64,000 nt of DNA from a virus (taxonomy: Duplodnaviria; Caudoviricetes), in the IMG/VR virus record IMGVR_UViG_3300033067_001757, positions 32,001 to 96,000 of that record; one strand, given 5' to 3'. Made by a program: the position numbers and the translations under genes. How positions within the stretch are numbered: position 1 is the first letter of the stretch; the number at the start of each line of letters is the position of its first letter. The notes below the pieces were generated by a model that worked only from the letters and a program-made list of their open reading frames with translations, searched no databases and had not been told where the DNA came from. Of the stretch, positions 48,112-57,912 are shown piece after piece.

Positions 48112-50942
48112 TAAAGCGTAGTTAAATAAATTGAGAAACGTAAATTATTAGCATCAAATATTGATTTTTTCAACGTACCACCTGTTAATACGGAGTTAGG
48201 AGCGATTAATGGAAAATGATAAGGTGATACTATTCCATTACCGGCTTTTATTTCTGATATCATATCCGCGTATTGAGTATCAAATTTATTTTTGATTTCA
48301 TCAACCATATTGATGTAACTATCCGAGTAATGTATCGCAAAATCTAATGCTTGAATACGGAACTCTGTATCGAAATTCCCTATATTCAAACTATTAAAAT
48401 CACTCAATCCAGAAGCATTTCCTGTTTTTTTACTATAGTATGGAGCTAAGCTTTTACCGAAATCACCTAACTGTAAATTGATAAGTTTAGATGATTGAAT
48501 TGAAGTAGCTAATAATTGTTTAGGAGTACCGCGATATGCAGCCTGAGTTAACCGATTTTCATCATAGTGTAAATCTGCTATTCCATTAAACTGACTTATC
48601 TGGTAAACATTTTGACAGTAATCCATTATGAATGATGCCAATATATTATAATAGTCTATTGATCTGTTAAGCGCTGAAAATTCATTGCTTATAATGGATG
48701 CTATCTCAGATTTAAATGATGTTTTATCGATACCTAAATTATTTTTATAAAGATCATCCTGATCTAATAAGCAGACTTGTGTAGTCAATGATGTTTTCCA
48801 TTCCGAACGGACTATATCCTGCGATATTCCGGTTACAATAAAACCAATATTCTTATTATTATATTCCTTCGGCAGAGCGTCTGGATTGATAGTAAAAATC
48901 TCACCAATCGTAATACCACCAATACCGTCTAAACCCACTTCTAAAGAAATAGGAACAACCGCTCTGTTATTGGCATCGGTATTTATCTTAAGGATCAGGC
49001 TATTTAAAGCACTGTTTAACGATGCTTTTACATTACCATCGACCAATACTCTTTTCATTACATATTCATTGACATACGAGACAAGATTTTGGATATTATT
49101 TATTAATATATTTTTCTTCTGAGTTAACTCATCGACATTATTCTGATTGGAATATTCAACTTTATCTTTTATTAATCGACTGCTGATGTTATTATTCAGA
49201 TATGAATTTGTAGAAGACTGGATACCGGCTATATTATCACGGTTTTGAGCGGCTATTGCGATCATAGTGGTTTGAGATGCAAAAATCTTTGAAACAACAC
49301 TCATATTTTTAATCACAGAATTATTACCTATGAGATTCAGTTGAAACTTTGATTTATAACTTGAATCAGCGCCGAATTCGGTGTAATGTTTATCTATAAT
49401 AACTGCAGTATTATCTGATACATATATATCAAAATCATTGATGGAACCTAATGCGAAACTCATTTGATTTGTAATAGCTGATATCAATCTCGCTAAAATA
49501 ACAGAACCATTATTATCCAGAGCCATATCGTTATAAATGGATATTACTTTATCAATCGATACATATATATTTCCAATAACACCCAATGTAGTATCATCGT
49601 ATAAAAAAGAATTTAATGGATTGGTATCAGCGAGACCATAATTACTGACTCTGAAATTATCTGGGAAAATAGCTCTGTTATCCTTAAAATCATTATATAA
49701 ATCAAATCCGTCTTTGACCAGAAATGTAGCATTTGGATTTTTAATTATGCAGACTTCAGGATCGATGCTGATTGAATCAACACTGGCTAAACACAAACCA
49801 TTACCTTTATTCTCTTTAGAATAAACTGGACATTCAATATTTATGTATTTATTCTTGTCACTATCAAACAAATTATACCGTTCATTTAAGATGTGTATCA
49901 GATAAGCAAACTGAATATAATAAATATTACTACCAGCATCATCATTTGCATTTTGTGCTTGCTTTACAAATGGTAAATGGTGTATATTAGTGTCCAACCC
50001 TTTTAATTTACCGCTCAGTATTAAATCACCAGACGCACTGAATACCTCGTTGGTTTTCAATCCGGTTAACAATAATTCAAATTCAGTCTTGTAATCCTTA
50101 TTCTTTTGTGATATTATTTCTAAGCCGGTGGAAGAGTTAATCTTTAGAGAATCAAGCACATCACCAATACTGATTAAAATAGTTGTACACTCATACCCAC
50201 CGTTAGGTAACAGGTTCCAGGAGAAGTTTACAATCTTACCGAGTGTTGCGTCGTAGTTTCCGCTGAATTTATGTTGGTATCGTTTGATTCTATCGTAAAT
50301 ATCGTCTTGGGTAATTCCGGACTGGAATGCGTTGATCGTCGGAGAATCAAAGGATTTGATCAATCCACGTCCAAATCTGTCGTTTATATTGACCTTTTGA
50401 ATCACACTACCCTGATCAGGTCTTGCGTCGTAAGATTCACCGGAAACAGATGAATCGATATACATTGACCATCCCCATTCCAACAATACTTCGTAACCAG
50501 GTCTCATGAACAGAATTTCCAATTCTTCCAGTTGCTTTTTATCCCAACACATGAACTTGATAGTAGCCTCTCGTAAGGATCCGTAAGCGCTCTTTGATCT
50601 GATGTTTACTGATGTAATACCGGGCATCGGCATAAGCCCATAATCCCTGTTTCCGAGATTACTACCATAAGCAGCATTCGCTGCACCGATACCATATCTC
50701 ATAGAATACTGAGTATTATCATCCGGTGATGGAATAAGTGTACCAGCTTCCAGTACATATTTACGGGCCAATGCGTCGCTTCCATTGTGATTCACAAAGG
50801 ATTGCATCCTTACCCAAGGAGATTTTGCGGTAGTATATTGGTGGAATTCAGACGGCCTGGTGCCAGCAATACTCATCAGGTCTTGACGTGCATTGATCTG
50901 ACGACATAAAAACGGCTTGAATGTTTGCTTGAAAATCGACAT
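48111..50942 (-). CDS. large baseplate hub-like protein
   Basis: PMPGIT...GSLREA...RPGYEVLLEWGW and LDGIGG..IG; follows the gp53-like gene. Confidence 0.6.
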   Translation of the reverse strand: MSIFKQTFKPFLCRQINARQDLMSIAGTRPSEFHQYTTAKSPWVRMQSFVNHNGSDALARKYVLEAGTLIPSPDDNTQYSMRYGIGAANAAYGSNLGNRDYGLMPMPGITSVNIRSKSAYGSLREATIKFMCWDKKQLEELEILFMRPGYEVLLEWGWSMYIDSSVSGESYDARPDQGSVIQKVNINDRFGRGLIKSFDSPTINAFQSGITQDDIYDRIKRYQHKFSGNYDATLGKIVNFSWNLLPNGGYECTTILISIGDVLDSLKINSSTGLEIISQKNKDYKTEFELLLTGLKTNEVFSASGDLILSGKLKGLDTNIHHLPFVKQAQNANDDAGSNIYYIQFAYLIHILNERYNLFDSDKNKYINIECPVYSKENKGNGLCLASVDSISIDPEVCIIKNPNATFLVKDGFDLYNDFKDNRAIFPDNFRVSNYGLADTNPLNSFLYDDTTLGVIGNIYVSIDKVISIYNDMALDNNGSVILARLISAITNQMSFALGSINDFDIYVSDNTAVIIDKHYTEFGADSSYKSKFQLNLIGNNSVIKNMSVVSKIFASQTTMIAIAAQNRDNIAGIQSSTNSYLNNNISSRLIKDKVEYSNQNNVDELTQKKNILINNIQNLVSYVNEYVMKRVLVDGNVKASLNSALNSLILKINTDANNRAVVPISLEVGLDGIGGITIGEIFTINPDALPKEYNNKNIGFIVTGISQDIVRSEWKTSLTTQVCLLDQDDLYKNNLGIDKTSFKSEIASIISNEFSALNRSIDYYNILASFIMDYCQNVYQISQFNGIADLHYDENRLTQAAYRGTPKQLLATSIQSSKLINLQLGDFGKSLAPYYSKKTGNASGLSDFNSLNIGNFDTEFRIQALDFAIHYSDSYINMVDEIKNKFDTQYADMISEIKAGNGIVSPYHFPLIAPNSVLTGGTLKKSIFDANNLRFSIYLTTL

Positions 50943-50946
50943 TGTA

Positions 50947-50958
50947 TATATAAATATC
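50947..50958 (-). promoter_or_regulatory. GATATTTATATA putative late promoter
   Basis: 4 nt before ATG 50942. Confidence 0.65.
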
Positions 50959-50967
50959 TTCTAAATG

Positions 50968-50996
50968 AAAAAGCCCTCGTCTTGCTCCGAGGGACT
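50968..50996 (-). terminator. intrinsic terminator
   Basis: CCCTCG-N8-CGAGGG followed by CTTTTT. Confidence 0.75.
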
Positions 50997-51025
50997 TCTT
51001 CTTACGTAATAGAACATGAGGAATA

Positions 51026-51057
51026 CAAAGATATGTAGAACTTATGAGATAACCAAA
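51026..51057 (-). promoter_or_regulatory. Bacteroidota sigma-70 promoter firing into the terminator
   Basis: TTTG-N20-TATCTTTG. Confidence 0.7.
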
Positions 51058-51062
51058 TATAT

Positions 51063-51365
51063 TTAGAGAACTCCGTTGATCCGGTTAAATTCAGCTTTGA
51101 TAGAAGTAATATCTTGTGGTACGCGTACCTGTGTCCCTACTGGAATGAACCTGCTGTCACATCTCAATCCATTGGCAATAGCTATGATCCAGTAATCATC
51201 TGCATTTTTATAATAATCATATGCAATGATGTCAAGGCTATCCCCGTAAACAGATATAAAATACAGGTCATTATCTGTTGCCGGTATGTCCGGGTACCGG
51301 GTACCTTTTAGATATCTCTTGCCAGTTGAATCGTTTTTAATATTAATACCGTCGTATCTGGACAT
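51063..51365 (-). CDS. baseplate wedge protein (gp53/LysM-like)
   Basis: GDSLDIIAYDYY....YWIIAIAN...G.QVRVP. Confidence 0.8.
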   Translation of the reverse strand: MSRYDGINIKNDSTGKRYLKGTRYPDIPATDNDLYFISVYGDSLDIIAYDYYKNADDYWIIAIANGLRCDSRFIPVGTQVRVPQDITSIKAEFNRINGVL

Positions 51366-53029
51366 TATTGTTTTTTACTTTTAATGAGAGCATCCAAACC
51401 AGTGAGCCAGTCGTTGGCTTTACCCTTATCGCCATCAATACCGAAGAAAGGAGCTTCTGCTGACTTGTGCGGAAGGAAGTTCCATAGGGGTATGAAGTTC
51501 ATGCCAATTCTGAGCATCATTGGTAAGGTGTTCATATCAGCATCTCTGATCGGATCGGCTTTTATTTCCCAGTTGGCTTCTTCAGGTATACCGAAGTACA
51601 GTGAAGTGATAATACCGGGTTGTTGTTTGATATAATCTCCAATAGTCAACTCGTGCAGGTTTCCACGCATTTTATTATTCTTATAATCGGGTGTCAATGT
51701 AGAACGCAGATAATTAAGTTTCTGATACATGGGTTTCATCTCACTTCTTGACAAAGCAATTATGGTATACTCAAGTGACAATACATTCGAAAAACCGTCG
51801 TAGGTATAAAATGATTCACCCCTGCCTACGTATGCATATTGGTTCCATTTAGCGTCTGTACGGCTGTCTACATTCGTTATGAATGCCCTGAATATCATGT
51901 AAACCCCTGAGCCTGGATGGTCGTTATCGATGGCTTTGATGCGGAATTTAACCATGTCTGAATTGAGGTCGGTTTCTTCCAGTTGATTATTATACTGGAG
52001 ACTGGTTAGATTGATTCTATCTGCAGCATCTTTTACAACAACAGTGTAATCTGGTGTATATTCTGATTTCTTTCTTGATCTCGCAATACCAATACGTTTT
52101 TCAAGATTCAGATTCTCATAATCGGTCGATGGTAGTTCAGTTTGACCTGGTTTAAGCATTAGATTTTTATACTCTCTGAAATCACGTTTACTGAAATCGT
52201 ATGTACCGGGATCAACACCATTTGAGGGAGCAGTGGTTGGAATTTGAGGTGTTTCAATTTTACCCTCGTCACTAATCAATAAAAGCTTCTGTACCGGGAT
52301 GGGAATGAAACCATTCAGAACCTTCCTTTTACCTTCAGTGTTGTCAATTTTGGCGATAGTATTTACTGAAATACCACCATCTTTAGCTTTATTGATTGTG
52401 GTTTCACCTATACCAAGTATTGATCCGGGGCCACCCTTATATTTGTCGATGTAATCAATTTCAATTGGTAGATAGGGGTCAGCAAATTTCTCAAGGAGGT
52501 TTACCAGTCGGTTATTACCGTTATCATTATTTTCACGAACGATCGTTTCATACTTATCAGAATCTTCCATTACAGGAAGTAACCCATGACGAACAAAATG
52601 TTGACCGAAACCCACTACGCCTATCTCAGCAAGTGTATTTGTTGGAGTGTAAATACGTGTAGTACCGAGATCATTCTGAATACGGTTGGCTACATTGAGT
52701 AGACTATTACCGACATTATTGAAAACTCCTTGACCGGTAGTACTATTGTCTGTCTTCCTATCAGAACGATGTTCCAGCTTGACGTTGGTCAACTGTAGAC
52801 CGACCTGTTTAGCTACGAATGGAATACCATGTTTAGGATCAACAAGGAATTTAGTTATACGCAATACATCAGTAGCAGATGCCGCAGCTTCTGTTATGAG
52901 ACCAGTGAAATCAGCATGTGTATCAAGATTCTGCTTGATATACGGTTGGCCACTGTCACCACCACCTGGTGTATCTTTACCAAATGATAGGTTGCTTAGA
53001 TTACTATGCAGATCACGTAGACTCGGCAT
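51365..53029 (-). CDS. baseplate/tail-tube initiator-like protein
   Basis: FRAFI...W....YVGRGE.FYTY.GF, LTIGDY...PG.I. Confidence 0.65.
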   Translation of the reverse strand: MPSLRDLHSNLSNLSFGKDTPGGGDSGQPYIKQNLDTHADFTGLITEAAASATDVLRITKFLVDPKHGIPFVAKQVGLQLTNVKLEHRSDRKTDNSTTGQGVFNNVGNSLLNVANRIQNDLGTTRIYTPTNTLAEIGVVGFGQHFVRHGLLPVMEDSDKYETIVRENNDNGNNRLVNLLEKFADPYLPIEIDYIDKYKGGPGSILGIGETTINKAKDGGISVNTIAKIDNTEGKRKVLNGFIPIPVQKLLLISDEGKIETPQIPTTAPSNGVDPGTYDFSKRDFREYKNLMLKPGQTELPSTDYENLNLEKRIGIARSRKKSEYTPDYTVVVKDAADRINLTSLQYNNQLEETDLNSDMVKFRIKAIDNDHPGSGVYMIFRAFITNVDSRTDAKWNQYAYVGRGESFYTYDGFSNVLSLEYTIIALSRSEMKPMYQKLNYLRSTLTPDYKNNKMRGNLHELTIGDYIKQQPGIITSLYFGIPEEANWEIKADPIRDADMNTLPMMLRIGMNFIPLWNFLPHKSAEAPFFGIDGDKGKANDWLTGLDALIKSKKQ

Positions 53030-53256
53030 TATTTAGGAGGATGATCCAGATATTTTACAGGATTCAACGTACCAGGTCCCAGTTTGGTAGGTTGTAAACC
53101 TCTCAGGTAAGGATCTTTATATGTACCGAAAGCAGGATTGTTATCCAGGCTGGAATGATAGTGTAAAGTGGAATTGGGGCCGAGGTCGAAAGGTGCAGGT
53201 TGACCACCGTGATAACCAAGATTGGTTAAAGGAAGGAGTTCTAATATTGTTGGCAT
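53029..53256 (-). CDS. small structural-region protein
   Basis: 75 aa ending KYLDHPPK; late motif at 53270-53281. Confidence 0.65.
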   Translation of the reverse strand: MPTILELLPLTNLGYHGGQPAPFDLGPNSTLHYHSSLDNNPAFGTYKDPYLRGLQPTKLGPGTLNPVKYLDHPPK

Positions 53257-53279
53257 TGTGTTATTGTTTTATATAAATA

Positions 53280-53311
53280 TTTGATTTGGATATGAGAAAA
53301 AGCTACTTTTG
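53280..53311 (+). promoter_or_regulatory. Bacteroidota sigma-70 promoter on the plus strand
   Basis: TTTG-N20-TACTTTTG, 17 nt before ATG 53329. Confidence 0.7.
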
Positions 53312-53328
53312 GTTTAAACTATCATTGT

Positions 53329-53523
53329 ATGTTGTACGTGATTGCAGTTATACTTGTTGTTCTTGGGCTCATATCATATGGAATGAGTTCGTTGAAACAG
53401 GCATTTATAAACACAACCAATGCGATAAATGGTAAAGAGAAAATCAAACAGGAGTCAATTATGTCTTGGATGAATTTCGTTACAATCCTGATTATAATTG
53501 GAATCATTCTGTACTACGCGTAA
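53329..53523 (+). CDS. small two-TM membrane protein, opposite orientation
   Basis: Two hydrophobic helices; own promoter; fills the gap between tape measure and 53256. Confidence 0.7.
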   Translation: MLYVIAVILVVLGLISYGMSSLKQAFINTTNAINGKEKIKQESIMSWMNFVTILIIIGIILYYA

Positions 53524-55883
53524 CCATTGTAAGCAATACCCTGAGCTGTTCCTACCTTCATAGAATCTAAATATACATTTCCAGGTCTTTTCATACCATC
53601 TCTGATTTCAGATAATATTGCAATCATTTCACTATTATTTCCACCACCAGATAACATTCCTTTAGGGTCGGTTGTTGTTATGATTGAATCTTTTCTATTA
53701 GGTACGATCTGACCTTCTGGTGTTGATATTACAATTCCACCTTGAGGATTGATAACAGAGTCATTTACCGCTACACCAGTAGCTGTACCTGCGGCTATCG
53801 CTGCTGCTAATGGTACAGCACCTGCAACAGCCCCAACCCAGTTACCCATGGCAAATGCTGCTGCAATAGATGCTCCGGCAGTTACGATTGCTTTAGTGGC
53901 CATAAACGCTAAAGCTGCTCCAGATGCTATCAATAATCCTTTCAATAATTCAGTATGTTCAAGCATCTTTGCAAGGCCATTGAGAATAGTTATTAACGGC
54001 CCAGATGCCACACTTACAAATACTTCCTTAATCCTTTCCATGCTCTCTTCGAACTTCTGTTGAAGTGATGCCTGAGAAATATTCTTTAATAGGATATCAC
54101 CGTTTGTTTTTGATAGTATATCAGCCTGCAGATTCTGTAAAGCTATTGAGTCACCAGTCTTCTTGTATAATTCTAGTTTATCAGCAATAAGTTGCTTATC
54201 CTGAACACCCAGTTCTTTCAATGTCTGTTGTTCGCGTAATGAATTAGTCAACTCATCAGTAGTCATACCAACGGCTTTTGCAAGAGATTCTTGTTGAATA
54301 ACATTCAGCTTCTGAAAATCTGCAAACTGTCCTACTTGAGATAACATCTCTTTAGCAGCATCAGCACTTTTACCATCCAACGCTAATGATCTTGCTTTCT
54401 CTAAATTCAATGCTTTACCGGTAACCAGTTCAGCTTCCAATTCTGCTGATATAGATGACTCAAAATTCAACAAGAACTCAGATGACTTCTTAGCCTGTTC
54501 TAATGTAATACCGAGCTTCTGTGCTTGCACTACAGCCTTGGCTAATTCTTCTGGATTATTCTTATATTGAGCCAGTAACTGACCACTTATTTTGGTAACC
54601 TCTGATAATACTTTTTTGTATGAAAGCGTACCATCATTCTGTTTGAGAATATTCTTGAGTATGTCGCTGGTAGTTGACTTGTTATTCAACGCCAGCTTCT
54701 CCAAAGCATTAGCTTCATCAACAGACATCCCCATCTGCTTTGTCAACATGATCTGGCTCTGTACTTGTTCATTTGTAAATAGAACAGAAGTACCGAATCC
54801 GTCATTCAGTTGATTTAATGCATTTCCCTGATTGGTAATAGAGATGAACGCGGCGTCCAGGTTCTCAACAACCTTCTTTCCTTGTACTGTTACATCCTGG
54901 AATCCTTTGTATAAATCTTGTGTGGTAGACTTTGATAATGCGAGACTGTTAGCAGTATCGGTTATATTCTTTTCAAATTTGAAGGCTTCCTTTACCAATG
55001 ATGCAAAGAGACCTACCAGCACTACACCAATGATAAGAGGATCGCTTGCGATTCTATCTAGTTCGTTTAAAGTAGCACTTATGCCAGCATCAAAAGCTTT
55101 CCATCTTGAACCACCCTTCTTAATACTATCTTCCATCTGATCCAGTATCTTTTCAGTCTGAATAAGATTACCAAGTATCGGTATTTTGGATATACCTTTT
55201 ACTATAGCGCCGAGTGAGCCAAGCTTATTGTTTTGAATATCGAGACGCTTGTTCGTCTCTTTTTGACTGACCTTCTGTGATTCAAGATGTGTAGCGTTCT
55301 CTTCTGCTAGTATTTTTTGGTATCCGAGGAAAGCTAGTTGACGAGCGTTGTCATCCTGTTTAAGATGATTCTCAAGACGAGTCTTTGCCGCAGCTTCCTG
55401 GAAATATAATTGTTGTAAATCAGCTTGCTTTTGTTGAAGTATAGTACCGGAATATAATCCTTCGTTTATTTCGGTGGATAATTCAGCTATCTTCTTATTC
55501 CAACCGTCAACAGCTTTATAATCCTGAACAGCTTCATCGGCAAGATTAAGTATCTGAGTCTGATTCCCTGCAATACCCGCTGTAAATGATTGAATTCTGG
55601 CTTGTATCTGAGCAGCCTGTTCATTATATTTCAGTATCTCTTTATCAATAGAACTGATCTTGATATATTCTTTACCGATACGAGATTGCAAAGTGATAGT
55701 ATCTTTCATCAGATTATTGGACCTGGTACTAAGGCTGATAATGTTTTCAACCTCTTTGCCAGTAAGACCGGCATTAAGATTTAATTGCTTAAAATCGTCG
55801 GTAGAATCAGCTAATGATTTCTGAAATAGTGCAGACTCCCTGAGTGCTTTTTCTAAAGCTATATCCTGTGCGTTCTTTGCCAT
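53514..55883 (-). CDS. tape measure protein
   Basis: 789 aa, helical Ala/Leu/Gln-rich; LLNFESSISAELEAELVTGK.LNLEKAR; follows the chaperone pair. Confidence 0.8.
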   Translation of the reverse strand: MAKNAQDIALEKALRESALFQKSLADSTDDFKQLNLNAGLTGKEVENIISLSTRSNNLMKDTITLQSRIGKEYIKISSIDKEILKYNEQAAQIQARIQSFTAGIAGNQTQILNLADEAVQDYKAVDGWNKKIAELSTEINEGLYSGTILQQKQADLQQLYFQEAAAKTRLENHLKQDDNARQLAFLGYQKILAEENATHLESQKVSQKETNKRLDIQNNKLGSLGAIVKGISKIPILGNLIQTEKILDQMEDSIKKGGSRWKAFDAGISATLNELDRIASDPLIIGVVLVGLFASLVKEAFKFEKNITDTANSLALSKSTTQDLYKGFQDVTVQGKKVVENLDAAFISITNQGNALNQLNDGFGTSVLFTNEQVQSQIMLTKQMGMSVDEANALEKLALNNKSTTSDILKNILKQNDGTLSYKKVLSEVTKISGQLLAQYKNNPEELAKAVVQAQKLGITLEQAKKSSEFLLNFESSISAELEAELVTGKALNLEKARSLALDGKSADAAKEMLSQVGQFADFQKLNVIQQESLAKAVGMTTDELTNSLREQQTLKELGVQDKQLIADKLELYKKTGDSIALQNLQADILSKTNGDILLKNISQASLQQKFEESMERIKEVFVSVASGPLITILNGLAKMLEHTELLKGLLIASGAALAFMATKAIVTAGASIAAAFAMGNWVGAVAGAVPLAAAIAAGTATGVAVNDSVINPQGGIVISTPEGQIVPNRKDSIITTTDPKGMLSGGGNNSEMIAILSEIRDGMKRPGNVYLDSMKVGTAQGIAYNGYA

Positions 55884-55885
55884 TG

Positions 55886-55897
55886 TATATAAATATC
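55886..55897 (-). promoter_or_regulatory. GATATTTATATA putative late promoter
   Basis: 2 nt before ATG 55883. Confidence 0.65.
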
Positions 55898-55905
55898 AAA
55901 AACCC

Positions 55906-56178
55906 CTACTTTTTGATAGGGGCTTTAGCTATGTAGTCTGGAACCATCGGTTTCTTACCGATCATATCCTTCATGGTCATATTTCCTTTCTGCTTATCGA
56001 CTGCTTCATTTTGTTTTTCAATACGGTTTGACAACCATTTAACAACGAATCGTCTGGTAGCTATTGGAATATTCCACGCTTCTGAGAAAGTAATACCACC
56101 ATTGCTATTGACAACAATACTGAGTATCTGCTCTCTGAACTGATCACGATAATTTTTACTTAGGCCAAAAGAAATCAA
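55906..56178 (-). CDS. tail assembly chaperone extension ORF (GT-like)
   Basis: Overlaps the upstream gene end in the +1 frame; only a TTG start; GG.TFSEAWNIP...RRF. Confidence 0.65.
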   Translation of the reverse strand: MISFGLSKNYRDQFREQILSIVVNSNGGITFSEAWNIPIATRRFVVKWLSNRIEKQNEAVDKQKGNMTMKDMIGKKPMVPDYIAKAPIKK

Positions 56179-56902
56179 CCGTCATCGGTATGTCGATGTC
56201 CTCCACTACATCGCCGGTTGGTCGGGTATAGTTAAACTTCATATTATATCCAGGAGTAATAGTATTAATGAAAGCACGTAGTGCACGGGAATCTCTTATC
56301 GGCATTCTGTCAACATATTCGCGGATCGTTTTGGTACTGCGGTCACCATTGACTGATGTTATGGTATGTTTTAGTCTGGTAGTTACGTCGCCAGCTAAAG
56401 CAGAAGCAACTTTATTAGAACCTTCTATCTCAGAGGTTATTGCTCTTTCATCTTTACGAGTAAGCAGTTTGAATGTGAGACTAGCTTTAGATAATTCTGC
56501 GAAGAATGGGAATTCATTCTCACCGCGTATGAATATAGCCGGATCAATTACTTTCTCGTCTAATTTGGAAAGGTCACATGGGAATACTTCACCGTCTTTC
56601 TTCACAGCGTATTCGCCACCGAAAGCCAGCACTCTGAATGCAACAAATATTGCATCCTGATCACCCATCAACATATCATCAATATCAATGCTTTTATTGA
56701 CAATAACGGCCTTTAATAATTTGTCGAATACAATACCTTGCTTTAGATAAGCAGCGTTTGTAAGAATATCCTCGTGGACTGCAGAAGGCATTACGATATC
56801 TATCTGTCCAGATGCCAGGGGATGGCTTTCGGGATAAAGAAGACCTTTGGAAGGTAAATCTAAGACTTGGGTGGGAAAATCGAACTGATTTTTCTCTGAC
56901 AT
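56156..56902 (-). CDS. tail/baseplate assembly chaperone (T4 gp26-like)
   Basis: LPSKGLLYP, EDILTN, GDQDAI...R..AFG, DSRALR, terminal FFWP. Confidence 0.8.
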   Translation of the reverse strand: MSEKNQFDFPTQVLDLPSKGLLYPESHPLASGQIDIVMPSAVHEDILTNAAYLKQGIVFDKLLKAVIVNKSIDIDDMLMGDQDAIFVAFRVLAFGGEYAVKKDGEVFPCDLSKLDEKVIDPAIFIRGENEFPFFAELSKASLTFKLLTRKDERAITSEIEGSNKVASALAGDVTTRLKHTITSVNGDRSTKTIREYVDRMPIRDSRALRAFINTITPGYNMKFNYTRPTGDVVEDIDIPMTVDFFWPK

Positions 56903-56954
56903 ATACTTTATTTGTTTTGTATATATAAATATATAAGCAGAGACTTTTTGAAAT

Positions 56955-56985
56955 AAAAAACCACACCCGGTCTAAAGATGTGGTT
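56955..56985 (-). terminator. intrinsic terminator
   Basis: AACCACATC...GGTGTGGTT followed by TTTT. Confidence 0.7.
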
Positions 56986-57018
56986 GAAGGTTTAGGGTGT
57001 TCCTACGGTAGCAGGTCG

Positions 57019-57870
57019 TTATATATCTTTGTTTTCCTTTAGGATATGCTTCCAAAGTGCGTCCGCTGTCTTTACAGGGTCTTTTGTAACTGATGATAAT
57101 TTCTTTGCCACTTTATGATATTTGGACATGATTGGTTCCAAATCTTTTTTATCTTTTATTTTCTTACCGATATGTTTCTTCACTTGTTCAACGTGTTTAT
57201 CAGAATCTTTCTCTTCATCCAGAGACATTTTCTCTGCAAGCTTGGAGTATGCTTCTTTAGCGGTATTGAGTATACGGAGAGTTTTTTCTGCTAAGCGTTT
57301 GTATGTTGCGTTTTCAGTTGATTCTGAAGTCTGAGATAATGATGATATCGCGGAATCGATTGCTTCCGCTACGTTGATTTCGGTTGGTTGGCCTGGCTCA
57401 ATTTCATTCTCGGACAGCGGCATACCGCGTTTTTTGATCTGTACAGTGTCACCCCCGTCTGCGGCCATCTGAACCTTTTTCTTCTGGTCTGAGGTTAATG
57501 TTTTTTCTGTACCATCTGTTGATGAGATGACTGTTTTTTCGTCGAGATCACTTGCCCTACCCCAGTTATTTGTATCAAACGGATCAATACCTTTTTGCTT
57601 ACAACCTTTAACTGTTAGTACGCTGACTTCACTCGGCTTCAAATCCATGTCTTTCAAATCTCCTTTTGCATAATATGCGATACTTTCTTTATCCATATCC
57701 TTGCCATATTCAAATCCATTAACAATCTTGTTGGTAGATTTCAATAAAAAGAAATGAGTATATTTTGGATTTACCTTCCAAGGTTTCTTTGGAGTTTCTT
57801 CCAGTTTTTTTTCTGCTATCACCTCATCGGTAAGAGACTCTATAAGTTTTTTAAGAGTGGATTTGTTCAT
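57019..57870 (-). CDS. charged hypothetical protein, possible internal head protein
   Basis: Start MNKSTLKKLIES follows the late motif at 57887-57898; several LxE sites. Confidence 0.6.
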   Translation of the reverse strand: MNKSTLKKLIESLTDEVIAEKKLEETPKKPWKVNPKYTHFFLLKSTNKIVNGFEYGKDMDKESIAYYAKGDLKDMDLKPSEVSVLTVKGCKQKGIDPFDTNNWGRASDLDEKTVISSTDGTEKTLTSDQKKKVQMAADGGDTVQIKKRGMPLSENEIEPGQPTEINVAEAIDSAISSLSQTSESTENATYKRLAEKTLRILNTAKEAYSKLAEKMSLDEEKDSDKHVEQVKKHIGKKIKDKKDLEPIMSKYHKVAKKLSSVTKDPVKTADALWKHILKENKDI

Positions 57871-57912
57871 TATTTGTTGATTAGTATATATAAATATCAA
57901 AGAGAACCATCG

